Source: an uncultured Thermodesulfobacteriota bacterium (GTDB taxonomy: Bacteria; Desulfobacterota; Zymogenia; Zymogenales; Zymogenaceae). Taken from it: a DNA stretch of 58,889 bases. The stretch is from the NCBI GenBank assembly GCA_964542895.1, contig CAZIWT010000005.1, positions 863-59,751 of the forward strand, in the 5' to 3' direction. The position numbers were made by a program, and so were the translations under genes. Positions 1 through 11,959 of the stretch are shown in pieces (within the stretch, counting starts at the first letter, position 1; every line of letters starts with the position of its first letter). The notes below the pieces were generated by a model, which was not told where the DNA came from, ran no database searches, and worked only from the letters and a program-made list of their open reading frames with translations.

Positions 1-189
1 GCAAATACAGGAATAAAGCAATACAGCGGCATCCGGGAAGACGGTACCAAATGGGAAAAAGTAATGAGCTGGTTTGGATACAAGCTTCATCTTGTGATAG
101 ATGCGGAATATGAACTTCCTGTGGCATTCAGTGTAACAAAGGCAAGTGCTCCGGAGATACCCGAAGGGAAGAAACTCATAGAGGAACTC
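1..189 (+). mobile_element. IS transposase fragment (DDE, IS5/IS1182-like), open at the window edge
   Basis: Frame 1 is open from base 1: ANTGIKQYSGIREDGTKWEKVMSWFGYKLHLVIDAEYELPVAFSVTKAS. The 'FGYKLHL.vD' motif is typical of IS4/IS5-superfamily DDE transposases. Similarity stops near KKLIEEL. Confidence 0.7.
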
Positions 190-337
190 TCTTCCGACGA
201 CTGGCAGACCCGCGAGAACGCCGTCAAGAAGCTCGTGGAAAAAGGCGTACCCGTTCTTCGCGAAGTGGCGAAGCTGCTCGACAGCGACGACCTCGACCGC
301 AAGGACCGCGCGGAAAAAATCATCAGCGAAATCAGGG
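175..337 (+). pseudogene. HEAT/PBS-lyase-like repeat fragment fused in frame to the transposase fragment
   Basis: LIEELSSDDWQTRENAVKKLVEKGVPVLREVAKLLDSDDLDRKDRAEKII has HEAT-repeat spacing (L.S.D...R..A..L). It uses CGC Arg codons, unlike the AGG-rich host genes. Confidence 0.5.
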
Positions 338-458
338 GAATATTTGCGGTCAGCAGGTCGAGGCGGTTCAGCTTAACCTCGACGATAATCCCCATAAGGA
401 GGAACGTCAGGAGGGCCAGAAACGGTATCTCGGACGTTATCCACTTTTCAATCTTCAC
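338..458 (-). pseudogene. 5' end of a membrane/secreted protein gene, truncated by the mosaic junction
   Basis: GGAGGA RBS then GTG at 458 gives MKIEKWITSEIPFLALLTFLLMGIIVEVKLNRLDLLTANIP (one hydrophobic helix). Beyond ~338 the frame is just the antisense of the HEAT/transposase segments. Confidence 0.4.
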
Positions 459-594
459 CTCAATCCTCCTCCACGACTGAAAAAATCATGAACTTCATGT
501 TTCTCCCCTTGAGCTGCAAATTTACAGGCTTAAAAAGGGCCAATCAATAAACGGCGGTTTACTTGAGAAAAACACTCCAAAGTATTAAAGCGCT

Positions 595-3858
<3,264 letters not shown>

Positions 3859-3862
3859 ATGA

Positions 3863-5005
3863 TCAATTATGTTTCTTCATCATTTCGAGAAAGTCGCTAA
3901 AGAGGTACCTGGAATCGTGGGGGCCGGGCGAGGCCTCCGGGTGGTACTGCACCGAGAAGAGGGGAAGCTTTCTGTGCCGCAGCCCCTCCACGGTGTTGTC
4001 GTTGAGGTTTATGTGGGTCACCTCCACATCCTCCGGCAGGGAGTCCGCCTTAACCGCAAAGCCGTGGTTCTGGGAGGTTATCTCCACCCTCGAGGTCGCC
4101 AGGTTCTTGACCGGCTGGTTCGCCCCCCTATGCCCGAACTTCAGCTTGTAGGTTTTCCCCTTAAGCGCCAGGGCGATCAGCTGGTGCCCCAGGCATATCC
4201 CGAAGATCGGAATCTTTTTCCCTTTCTTTTCGATCAGCTTTTTGATCTCGTTTATGGCGTATGGGACCCCCTCAGGGTCGCCCGGGCCGTTGGAGAGAAA
4301 AATCCCGTCCGGCTTGAACTCCATTACCATATCCGCCGGGGCAGACGCCTTGACAACCTTCACCCTTATCCCGAGGGAGGTCAGGTTAAACAGGATGTTA
4401 TCCTTCATGCCGTAGTCGTAGGCGACCACTAAAAGCCCCGTGTCCTTTGCCACATTCGGTTTCGTGCCGGTGACCGTGGAGAGATCCACGGGCTTTTTCT
4501 TGAAGTCGTAGGTGTCGTCTGTGGTGACCTCGCTTACGAGGTCCCTCCCGATGAGGCCGAACGACTCCTTCGCCTTCTGGACCATGATCTTGGGGGAGAG
4601 GTCTACGGTGGAGATCACCGACTTCATGGCACCCGCCGTCCTGATGTGCCTTGTCAGGGCCCTCGTGTCGACGTTTCGTATGCCGATTATGTTGTGCCTC
4701 TTCAAGAAGGCGCCGAGGCTCTCCTCGCTTCGGAAGTTACTCACTATGGGCGAGAGGTCCTTCACTATGAAGCCGCTCACGTGCGGCTTCTTCGACTCGT
4801 TGTCGAAACAGTTCGTCCCGTAGTTTCCGATCTGCGGGTAGGTCATGGTCACGATCTGCCCCTTGTAGGAGGGGTCGGTCATTATCTCCTGGTAGCCGGT
4901 CATCGACGTGTTGAAGACCACCTCCCCGTCCCTTATGCCGTCTGCGCCGAAGGACTTCCCGTAGAAGATTGTGCCGTCCTCCAGGGCGATTGCCGCATTG
5001 TTCAT
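3863..5005 (-). CDS. carA: Carbamoyl-phosphate synthase small (glutaminase) subunit
   Basis: [30 protein letters not shown] (catalytic Cys), SQNHGF and QYHPE motifs; ends 4 nt before the carB start. Confidence 0.99.
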   Translation of the reverse strand: MNNAAIALEDGTIFYGKSFGADGIRDGEVVFNTSMTGYQEIMTDPSYKGQIVTMTYPQIGNYGTNCFDNESKKPHVSGFIVKDLSPIVSNFRSEESLGAFLKRHNIIGIRNVDTRALTRHIRTAGAMKSVISTVDLSPKIMVQKAKESFGLIGRDLVSEVTTDDTYDFKKKPVDLSTVTGTKPNVAKDTGLLVVAYDYGMKDNILFNLTSLGIRVKVVKASAPADMVMEFKPDGIFLSNGPGDPEGVPYAINEIKKLIEKKGKKIPIFGICLGHQLIALALKGKTYKLKFGHRGANQPVKNLATSRVEITSQNHGFAVKADSLPEDVEVTHINLNDNTVEGLRHRKLPLFSVQYHPEASPGPHDSRYLFSDFLEMMKKHN

Positions 5006-5120
5006 ATTTCGTACGCTCCTTAAGTAAAGAAATATATAGTAATTTTGAATTTATTTCAAGTCTATTTCTGGACTTGGGCAAAAATATAGCTTATAATTAA
5101 TAGTTTTTTTAGAGGCGTAA

Positions 5121-5684
5121 ATGATACCTAACAGGGATGAGTGCATTGAAATACTGCGGGAGCACGACGTCCCGGAGCATATAATCGGCCACAGCCTCAC
5201 GGTGGAGCGGGTGGCCCTCTTCATCGCGAAGGAGATAAACGGCGCTCTCGGCACAAACGAGCCGAGGCTTAACCGTGAGCTGATAAGTGCTGGGGCGCTC
5301 CTTCACGACATAGCGAAGATAAAGGCGATGGAGACGGGGGAGCTCCACGGTATATTGGGGGGGAAGATGGTAAGGGAGATGGGGTTTCCCGAGGTGGCCG
5401 ACCTGGTCGAGCAGCACGTTCGCCTTCGCAGCTACGACAAAAACGGCCGGATCTCGGAGACGGAGGTGATCAACTACGCCGACAAGCGGGTGACCCACGA
5501 CGAAGTTGTGACGCTCTCCGATCGCTTTTCGGATATACGGCACCGTTACGGGAAAAACTCCGACGAGATCTTCGAAAGAATCGACAAGACAATGGAGCTG
5601 ACGATGATCATCGAAAAGAAGATATTTGACATTGTATCCTTTGATCCGGATGATCTCGCTGAACTGATGAAACAGAAATATTGA
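5121..5684 (+). CDS. HD/HDIG-domain metal-dependent phosphohydrolase
   Basis: H(SLTV)...LLHDIAK...H...G...H...YADKR, the HD-superfamily metal ligands. Confidence 0.85.
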   Translation: MIPNRDECIEILREHDVPEHIIGHSLTVERVALFIAKEINGALGTNEPRLNRELISAGALLHDIAKIKAMETGELHGILGGKMVREMGFPEVADLVEQHVRLRSYDKNGRISETEVINYADKRVTHDEVVTLSDRFSDIRHRYGKNSDEIFERIDKTMELTMIIEKKIFDIVSFDPDDLAELMKQKY

Positions 5685-5702
5685 AGAAGGAGGAGATGGA
5701 AG

Positions 5703-6161
5703 TTGGACTTCATACTCGACAGGCTCGCCATCGGCGACCTATCAGACGCAAAGAACGAACAGATTTTGAGAGACAGCGGAATCACCGCAATACTGAACGT
5801 CGCCCAGGAGGCGAATCCCGAGCCCGACCTCGACCATTTCGATTACTACAAGGTAAATATAGACGACGGACAGGCGATGGACCTCTCCCACATCGGGGAC
5901 GCGGTGGACTTCATCCACTCGCGCATCAGGCAAGGCAAGGTCCTCGTACACTGCTTGATGGGGGTCAGCCGCTCGTCGACCATCGTCCTCTGCTACCTCC
6001 ACGAGTGCGGCTTCAGCCTGAGAAACGCCATGAACCTTATCAAGCGAAAGCGCCCGGACGCCCAGCCCCACGTGGCCCTATACAACTCCGTCCAGGAGTA
6101 TTATTTGAAGAAGGATAGGGAGATCGCACAAGAAAGGGAAGCAAAAAGAAATAGCGTATGA
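5703..6161 (+). CDS. Dual-specificity protein phosphatase (DSPc/PTP family)
   Basis: P-loop VHCLMGVSRS (HCxxGxxRS), general-acid loop NIDDG, LAIGD and ILNVA motifs; TTG start behind GGAGG. Confidence 0.9.
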   Translation: MDFILDRLAIGDLSDAKNEQILRDSGITAILNVAQEANPEPDLDHFDYYKVNIDDGQAMDLSHIGDAVDFIHSRIRQGKVLVHCLMGVSRSSTIVLCYLHECGFSLRNAMNLIKRKRPDAQPHVALYNSVQEYYLKKDREIAQEREAKRNSV

Positions 6162-6262
6162 AGGTGAGGAAAGACGCGGCGGGTAGACGGCCTTTGAAAG
6201 CACAATCGCTTCCTCTCACCCATTGAGATCGGTTGGGGGAAACCGTGAAGAAGAGGGACGAC

Positions 6263-6685
6263 TTGAATGCAAAAATCAGGGAGATGACAATCGATGATTA
6301 CGAACGTGTCATCGAACTCTGGAGGGAATTTGCCGGGATCGGCCTTTCGAGCGCGGATGGGAGGGAGGAGATCGGAAAATTCCTCGACCTCAATCCCCAC
6401 ACTTCGCTTGTCGTCGAGATAGACGGGAAGATCGCAGGGACGGCCCTCGGGGGCTTCGACGGGAGGAGGGGATATATCTACCACTTCGTGATCGATGTGG
6501 AGATGCAGGGGAGGGGTATCGGGACGAGGCTCTTGAAGGAACTGGAAAGGCAATTTAAAGGGCTCGGCGCTAAAAAGATCCACCTAATGATCTATAACGA
6601 CAACGAGGCATGGAGATTCTACAAGAAGAGGGGATACTTCAGGCGGGAAGGCGAGATCTTCGTTATGAGCAGGGATATTGATTGA
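6263..6685 (+). CDS. GNAT family N-acetyltransferase (YpeA-like)
   Basis: IREMTIDDY start, GRRGYIYHFVID..QGRGIG (acetyl-CoA motif A) and N..AWRFYKKRGY (motif B). TTG 6263 behind an AG-rich RBS is preferred over ORF start 6233. Confidence 0.9.
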   Translation: MNAKIREMTIDDYERVIELWREFAGIGLSSADGREEIGKFLDLNPHTSLVVEIDGKIAGTALGGFDGRRGYIYHFVIDVEMQGRGIGTRLLKELERQFKGLGAKKIHLMIYNDNEAWRFYKKRGYFRREGEIFVMSRDID

Positions 6686-6710
6686 GATTCCCGTATATTA
6701 GGATTTTTGT

Positions 6711-7736
6711 ATGAGGATCGGTTTGGCAGCGTACTCCAAGGTCGCCGTCGTTTCGGGATTCGCCGTCTCGATCCTGGGGGCGTTTTTGATGGGGGCCGGG
6801 TCGTTCCCAAAAGTCGTCGCCGGGCTTGTTATCGCCGTCGGCGTAATATTGGTCTTCGTCGGCGCCGTGGTATACGCGGTCACATCGATAATCTACCTGG
6901 TATCCAAAAAGCCCAACTACGAGACGGGGGCGGCGATAGAGGGGGAGTACTATCCTCTCACCGAGTCGGGGGAGATGGAGGAGGTGCCGGCAAGGCTCTC
7001 GGCCCGGAGGATGCTTTCGGGGAGAATAGATGAAGTGCCCCTCGTCATCAGGTTATATTTCACACCTACCGGCAGATACACGGCATCAAGGACCGAGTTC
7101 TTCTCGCCGTTTGAAGGCGGCGGTCGAAAGAAGCCCTTCAGGCTATATCCCACGGGTCAGGAGGTGAGGTCGGACCTGAGTGTTGGGGAGAGGTTCGCCC
7201 GGGCGTTCTATCTGCCGAAATCCGACTACGAGGCGTTCAGGGCCTCGGGGCTGAGCGTCGAGGCGATGGGGGCCCTCCTCGATTTTCAGGACGAGAACGG
7301 CGGCGTCCTTAGCATGGACGGGCGGGGCCTGTTCTGGAGCGTCGACCGGCTCGACTTCGGGGGACTCGGCTCCGATATGGCCAGGGAGTTTGCGGGAGTC
7401 TCTAAGATCGTCCTCGATTCCCTTCAACGAGTTGATAGATCGGGTATCGGAGATTCTAAATCCGTGCCGGAGGAGCTCTTTTACGGCTCCCGTAAGGGCA
7501 TCGGGGTATCATCACTGCCGATTTACACCACAAGGAGAACCCTGATTGGGATCGTGGCGGCGCTTCTTTCGATCGGCGGCTTCTGTCTTATCGGGGCCGT
7601 CGTCACATACGGGAGGGACAGGGAGACCTTCATAACACTCACGGCGATATCCGCCTTCACCATTACCCCGGGCCTTATCATGCTTCCGCTCTTGATCTAC
7701 CACATAGTAACGAGCAGGCGGGCGCTGAAGCCATAA
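6711..7736 (+). CDS. Hypothetical integral membrane protein (2 N-terminal + 2 C-terminal TM helices around a soluble domain)
   Basis: 341-aa ORF with host-like codon usage and hydrophobic pairs at both ends; no family motif recognised. Confidence 0.7.
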   Translation: MRIGLAAYSKVAVVSGFAVSILGAFLMGAGSFPKVVAGLVIAVGVILVFVGAVVYAVTSIIYLVSKKPNYETGAAIEGEYYPLTESGEMEEVPARLSARRMLSGRIDEVPLVIRLYFTPTGRYTASRTEFFSPFEGGGRKKPFRLYPTGQEVRSDLSVGERFARAFYLPKSDYEAFRASGLSVEAMGALLDFQDENGGVLSMDGRGLFWSVDRLDFGGLGSDMAREFAGVSKIVLDSLQRVDRSGIGDSKSVPEELFYGSRKGIGVSSLPIYTTRRTLIGIVAALLSIGGFCLIGAVVTYGRDRETFITLTAISAFTITPGLIMLPLLIYHIVTSRRALKP

Positions 7737-7780
7737 AATTTTTAAGACTTAATCTCTAAAACTTTTAATTGGGGGGAAAA

Positions 7781-9613
7781 ATGGGAAAGGAAATCGATGA
7801 AAAGAGGGAGGATTTTTGTACAGACAGGAGAGGATTTTTAAAAGGCCTTACCATTGCCCCCACAGCCGCCTATTTTGGAAGAATGGCGATGTCAATGGGG
7901 ACTTTGGGAACGGCCGGTGCAATCGGCGGATTGACCTCGATGGCGTCCTGCTCAAGGCCGAAAAGCCCCGGATCCGTCGACGTCGGCGCCAACCCCGACC
8001 TCAGAGAGCATACGAAAGAGTTCAACAGGGAGGTAATCGAGGTTACGGATGGTGTCCATGTAGCGGTGGGATTTGGACTGGCCAACTCGATCCTCATAGA
8101 GGGTGACGACGGCGTCGTCATCGTGGATACCATGGAGAGCTTGGAGGCGGCCGTGCCGGTAAGGGAGGCTTTTTCCGGAATCACCGAAAAGCCGATAAGG
8201 GCAATAATCTACACCCATTACCATCCAGATCACACCTTCGGGGCGGATGTTTTCTATATGGATGACAAACCGGATGTCTATTCCCACGCAACCACACCTT
8301 ACTATCTCGATAGACTTATAAATGTTGTTAGGTCTATCATATATAAACGCTCCACCCGGCAGTTTGGCACTATGCTGTCAGGGGAGAGCTTCATAAACGC
8401 AGGTATAGGGCCGGAGCTCCTATTTAGGGCGGAAAATACAATAGGGTTGATAAGGCCCAATGTTACCTTTAACGGTGAGATGATGGAGGTAGATATTGCG
8501 GGGATAAAGTTGGTGCTCGTTCATGCCCCGGGAGAAACCCCAGACCAAATTTTTGTATGGCTGCCGGAAAAAGGGGTCCTCCTGCCCGGAGACAACTACT
8601 ACAAATCTTTTCCGAACCTTTATGCCATAAGGGGGACACCCTACCGGGACGTGACCGATTGGGTCAGGAGCCTTGACAAGATGCGAAGGTTGATGCCGGA
8701 ACATCTCGTCCTGGGCCATTCCCGCCCATTGACGGGAAAGGATTTAATTTACGAAAACCTCACAAACTACAGGGACGCCATCCAGTTTGTCCACGACCAG
8801 ACGATTCGTGGAATCAATGAGGGATTGACGCCCGATCGTCTGGTTGAGCGGGTAAAGCTCCCCCCACACCTGGCGAATCTTCCCTACCTTCAGGAGTATT
8901 ACGGCACAGTGGAGTGGTCGGTCAGGGCCATTTTCGAGGGATACCTCGGGTGGTTCGGCGGAAATGCAACCGATCTTTTTCCCCTCCCGCCAAAAGAGCG
9001 GGCCGAGAAGATTTCCCGACTCGCCGGCGGGAAAGACGTCATACTCAAGAAAGCCAGAGAGGCAATGGAAAATGGGGACTACCAGTGGGTCTTGGAGCTG
9101 TCCGACATCCTGCTGGCCCTTGACCCGAACGATGCGGAGGCAAAGGAGATTAAGGCAGGGGGATTAACTGCCTTGGGAGAGAGACAGGTTGCGGCAACCG
9201 CAAGAAACTACTATTTAACTCAGGCTCTGGAGATTCAGGGGAAGATCGAGATAGGGGAAAGGGAGGTAAAGGAAATCAAGATGGTTCACGATGTTCCACT
9301 GGCCGCGATATTTGATTCGATGGCGGTGAGCCTCAATCCAGAGAAGTCATCAGACACGGACAAGGTCGTCGGCTTTCGCTTTCCCGATGTTAAAGAGGAT
9401 TTTACGCTTCACGTCCGCAGGGGCGTATGCGAGGTGCAGCCGGTGGCCCCCAAGTCACCGGACGTTACGGTTACGGTCAACTCGACCGTCTGGAAGGAGA
9501 TTGGCGCGGGCATGAGAAATCCCGCCGCGGCCCTGGCAAAGGGCGACGTTAAGGTGGAAGGGGGAACACTGAACATCGTCAAGTTCCTGTCCCTATTCGA
9601 CAGAAGTGATTAA
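7781..9613 (+). CDS. Tat-exported alkyl/aryl sulfatase (SdsA1/BDS1-like MBL-fold hydrolase with dimerisation and SCP2 domains)
   Basis: Twin-arginine DRRGFLK, metal motif YTHYHPDH, HAPGETPDQ, GDNYYKSFPNLYAIRGT and a C-terminal SCP2-like domain (..GDVKVEG). Confidence 0.88.
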   Translation: MGKEIDEKREDFCTDRRGFLKGLTIAPTAAYFGRMAMSMGTLGTAGAIGGLTSMASCSRPKSPGSVDVGANPDLREHTKEFNREVIEVTDGVHVAVGFGLANSILIEGDDGVVIVDTMESLEAAVPVREAFSGITEKPIRAIIYTHYHPDHTFGADVFYMDDKPDVYSHATTPYYLDRLINVVRSIIYKRSTRQFGTMLSGESFINAGIGPELLFRAENTIGLIRPNVTFNGEMMEVDIAGIKLVLVHAPGETPDQIFVWLPEKGVLLPGDNYYKSFPNLYAIRGTPYRDVTDWVRSLDKMRRLMPEHLVLGHSRPLTGKDLIYENLTNYRDAIQFVHDQTIRGINEGLTPDRLVERVKLPPHLANLPYLQEYYGTVEWSVRAIFEGYLGWFGGNATDLFPLPPKERAEKISRLAGGKDVILKKAREAMENGDYQWVLELSDILLALDPNDAEAKEIKAGGLTALGERQVAATARNYYLTQALEIQGKIEIGEREVKEIKMVHDVPLAAIFDSMAVSLNPEKSSDTDKVVGFRFPDVKEDFTLHVRRGVCEVQPVAPKSPDVTVTVNSTVWKEIGAGMRNPAAALAKGDVKVEGGTLNIVKFLSLFDRSD

Positions 9614-9862
9614 CGGGGTACAGGGATTACGGTGAAGTATCAAGTACTCCCTGTTTATTCAATTCCGGTCGTCACGGCAATCTACGTCCCTCTCATAAAA
9701 CAGAGGGGCGCTCCGCTTACTCTTCGGGATGAAGAAGAGAAGGTGAGGGAAAAAGTGAGAAGGTTCATTTATTAAAGTGAGAGAAGATTTGTAAGGCTAT
9801 GTATTGAGAAAATTAATAGTTTTTTTGAGAAAGCAACCTTAACGAACAAATCCCAATTAATC

Positions 9863-10087
9863 CTAAAAGAATCCCCTTACGATCAGCAGCACCCCGAAAA
9901 TGATAAGCGGTATGCCGATTACGGCGCCGACTACCGTTGTTGACAGGATAACGCCTACGATCATAAAGACCAGGCCGAGGATCACGGCGACGAGCCTGCC
10001 GGTGAGCTTGATGATCGTGGCCAAAAGCCTCCAGAAAGCGACGAACGGCCACAGTATCCAGGGCGTCTTTTTCTTGGTATCGGTCAT
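9863..10087 (-). CDS. Small hydrophobic membrane protein (74 aa)
   Basis: ATG 10087 behind GGAAGTGGAAAG gives MTDTKKKTPWILWPF...IVRGFF, with 2-3 TM segments. Confidence 0.7.
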   Translation of the reverse strand: MTDTKKKTPWILWPFVAFWRLLATIIKLTGRLVAVILGLVFMIVGVILSTTVVGAVIGIPLIIFGVLLIVRGFF

Positions 10088-10135
10088 CTTTCCACTTCCA
10101 TAAAAAAATTTTGAAAATAAATTCCAATTTAACGA

Positions 10136-10166
10136 AAAAGGGGGGCAAAAAACAAGACCCCCTTTT
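10136..10166. terminator. Possible bidirectional intrinsic terminator
   Basis: AAAAGGGGG-13 nt-CCCCCTTTT inverted repeat downstream of the thiolase operon. Confidence 0.4.
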
Positions 10167-10207
10167 CCTATTATCCATCTCAAAAGAAAGACCATGACCC
10201 GTAACTT

Positions 10208-10288
10208 ATTAACTCTTCAACTGTCAAGGCTTTTAGTGACCAGGGCACATTAACTCATTACTTGTCAAGGCTTTCAATGACACGGGCA
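10208..10288. repeat. Two imperfect 41-bp direct repeats, each carrying TTGACA on the - strand
   Basis: ATTAACTCttcaacTGTCAAGGCTTTtagTGACcaGGGCA (10208-10247) vs ATTAACTCattactTGTCAAGGCTTTcaaTGACacGGGCA (10249-10288). Confidence 0.8.
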
Positions 10289-10307
10289 TTCTATTGAATT
10301 CTCTTCT

Positions 10308-10778
10308 CTAATCCACCACCACGAAGTGCTCGATGTCGACGATCTTTCCCTCGCGCTTCTCCTTGAAGATAGCCTTTACCCTTGCCCCGACCTTTACCTT
10401 CGACTCGTCTTTGATCTCCACGAAGTGCTGGAAGCAGGTGTCGGCGCCGTCGAGCTTTATGAAGGCGTATCCGTAAGGAACAGGCTTTTCCTTTCCTGTC
10501 TCCGGATCGAGGAAGGCAAAGCGCAGGATCGTGTAGCTGTAGAGGACTCCCTCGTCTGCCACCTCCACCCACTCGTCCATCTCGGTGAAACATGGCCCGC
10601 AGAGCTTTCTCGGCGGGATGTATACCTTTTTACATTTAGGGCACCTGACGCCCATGAATTTCTTGTTGTCGCGGATCTCCGCCAGAAATCTGCTGCCGAA
10701 TTCTCCGACCGCGTAGCTGAAGGGTTGTTCACCCTCGCCGGAGTGCATCGTCAAGAGGTCGACTCCTTGGCCGCCCAT
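10308..10778 (-). CDS. DUF35 family Zn-ribbon/OB-fold protein (ChsH2/BbsA-like acyl-CoA-binding partner)
   Basis: RCPKC...PPRKLCGPC Zn ribbon, then an OB fold (EGVLYSYTI...YAFIKLDGAD...VGARVKAIF). Confidence 0.93.
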   Translation of the reverse strand: MGGQGVDLLTMHSGEGEQPFSYAVGEFGSRFLAEIRDNKKFMGVRCPKCKKVYIPPRKLCGPCFTEMDEWVEVADEGVLYSYTILRFAFLDPETGKEKPVPYGYAFIKLDGADTCFQHFVEIKDESKVKVGARVKAIFKEKREGKIVDIEHFVVVD

Positions 10779-10796
10779 AAAAGACCTCCTCTCTAT

Positions 10797-11954
10797 TTAC
10801 GGTTTCGTACTTCTAAAAACTGTGACGTCGCTCCAGAAACAGCCGCCGAATCCGGTGGCGAGGGCCGTCTTCACGTCCGGGACCTGCCTGGCCCCGCCCT
10901 TGCCCATGATCTGGATTGCGGCCTCGGCCATCCTGAGGAGGGCCGTCGCCCCGATGCAGTTTGTGGCGATTACCCCTCCCGACGGATTTATCGGAAGCTC
11001 GCCGTCCATATCCGTTTTGCCGTCGGCGATCAATTTCGGCGCCCCCCCGGGCTTACAGAGGTCCATCGCCTCTATCCAGGATAGGCCCGCGTATGAGTAG
11101 GGGAGGTAGAGCTCCATGACGTCGATCTCCTTTAACGGCTCCTTGATTCCCGCCTTCTGGTACGCCTCCTTCGCCGCAAGCTGCATGGAGGGGAGGTTGA
11201 CCAGGTCGGTGTCGCCCAGAAGGTTGTACGGATGTTTTACCGCGCCCGCGTGAAACCAGGCCGGCTTAGGGCATATCTTTTCGGCGTATTCCTCCGTGGC
11301 GTAGACCACTGCGCACGCCCCGTCGGTCCTGGGGCATACGTCCAGAAGCTTGATGGGGTCCGACAGCATAGGGGAGCTCATGACGTCCTCAACGGTGATC
11401 TCCTTTCTGAGCTGGGCGTAGGGGTTGTTGCAGGCGTGCTTCCTGTCCCTTACGGCAACCCTCGCGGCGTCCTCCTCGGTGGCGCCGTACGTATCGAGGT
11501 ACAGCATCGCCTCGACGGCAAGCCCGCCGATGGCGCCTGCGAATACCAGCCTATCCCAGATCGGGTCGAAGGCCGTAGTGATGGCGGCGGTCGTGTCCGA
11601 CTCGGAGTTTTTCTCCCAGCCGACCGCCAGGACCTTGTCGAACATCCCCGAGGCGGTAAGGTAATAGCCCGCCTGGCCCACCGTGGAGCCGGTGGTACCG
11701 CCGGTGGTGAGTTTGAAGACCGGCTTCATAAATCCGCCGATCCCGTCGATGCTCCACATGTCGACATAGTTGATCCCCTCGAAGTGGTCCATGTTTCCTA
11801 TGACTATAGCGTCGATATCGTCGATGGTCAGATCGCCGTCCTCCAGGCAGCGATCCACGGCCTCGTTGATCATCTCTATTCCATTCACGTCCAGACGGCT
11901 CGATCGGTGATGGGTCTGGCCCGTGGCTACTATTGCAGTTCTTTTCTTACCCAT
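10797..11954 (-). CDS. Thiolase-fold protein of SCP-x/Ltp type (Ltp3-like), lacking the nucleophilic Cys
   Basis: Start MGKKRTAIVATGQT behind GGGAGGT. Motifs NPYAQLR, DGACAVV, ELYLPYS, NPSGGVIATN; KLTTGGTTGST replaces the canonical ..CxSG. The ORF-track start 12419 overlaps the upstream gene and is spurious. Confidence 0.88.
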   Translation of the reverse strand: MGKKRTAIVATGQTHHRSSRLDVNGIEMINEAVDRCLEDGDLTIDDIDAIVIGNMDHFEGINYVDMWSIDGIGGFMKPVFKLTTGGTTGSTVGQAGYYLTASGMFDKVLAVGWEKNSESDTTAAITTAFDPIWDRLVFAGAIGGLAVEAMLYLDTYGATEEDAARVAVRDRKHACNNPYAQLRKEITVEDVMSSPMLSDPIKLLDVCPRTDGACAVVYATEEYAEKICPKPAWFHAGAVKHPYNLLGDTDLVNLPSMQLAAKEAYQKAGIKEPLKEIDVMELYLPYSYAGLSWIEAMDLCKPGGAPKLIADGKTDMDGELPINPSGGVIATNCIGATALLRMAEAAIQIMGKGGARQVPDVKTALATGFGGCFWSDVTVFRSTKP

Positions 11955-11959
11955 ATCGA

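Noticed and set aside
64-480. 138-aa ORF as one genuine protein
   Set aside because: It is stitched from a transposase, a HEAT repeat and antisense sequence, so it is treated as a mosaic.
5006-5120. PyrR/attenuator or Arg-box control of carAB
   Set aside because: The spacer is short and AT-rich with no terminator/antiterminator. Only a weak CAAGTC..GACTTG inverted repeat is present, which is not enough to call.
5121-5684. HD protein as a Cas3'' nuclease or defence effector
   Set aside because: There is no cas, helicase or defence context, and the sequence fits stand-alone HDIG hydrolases.
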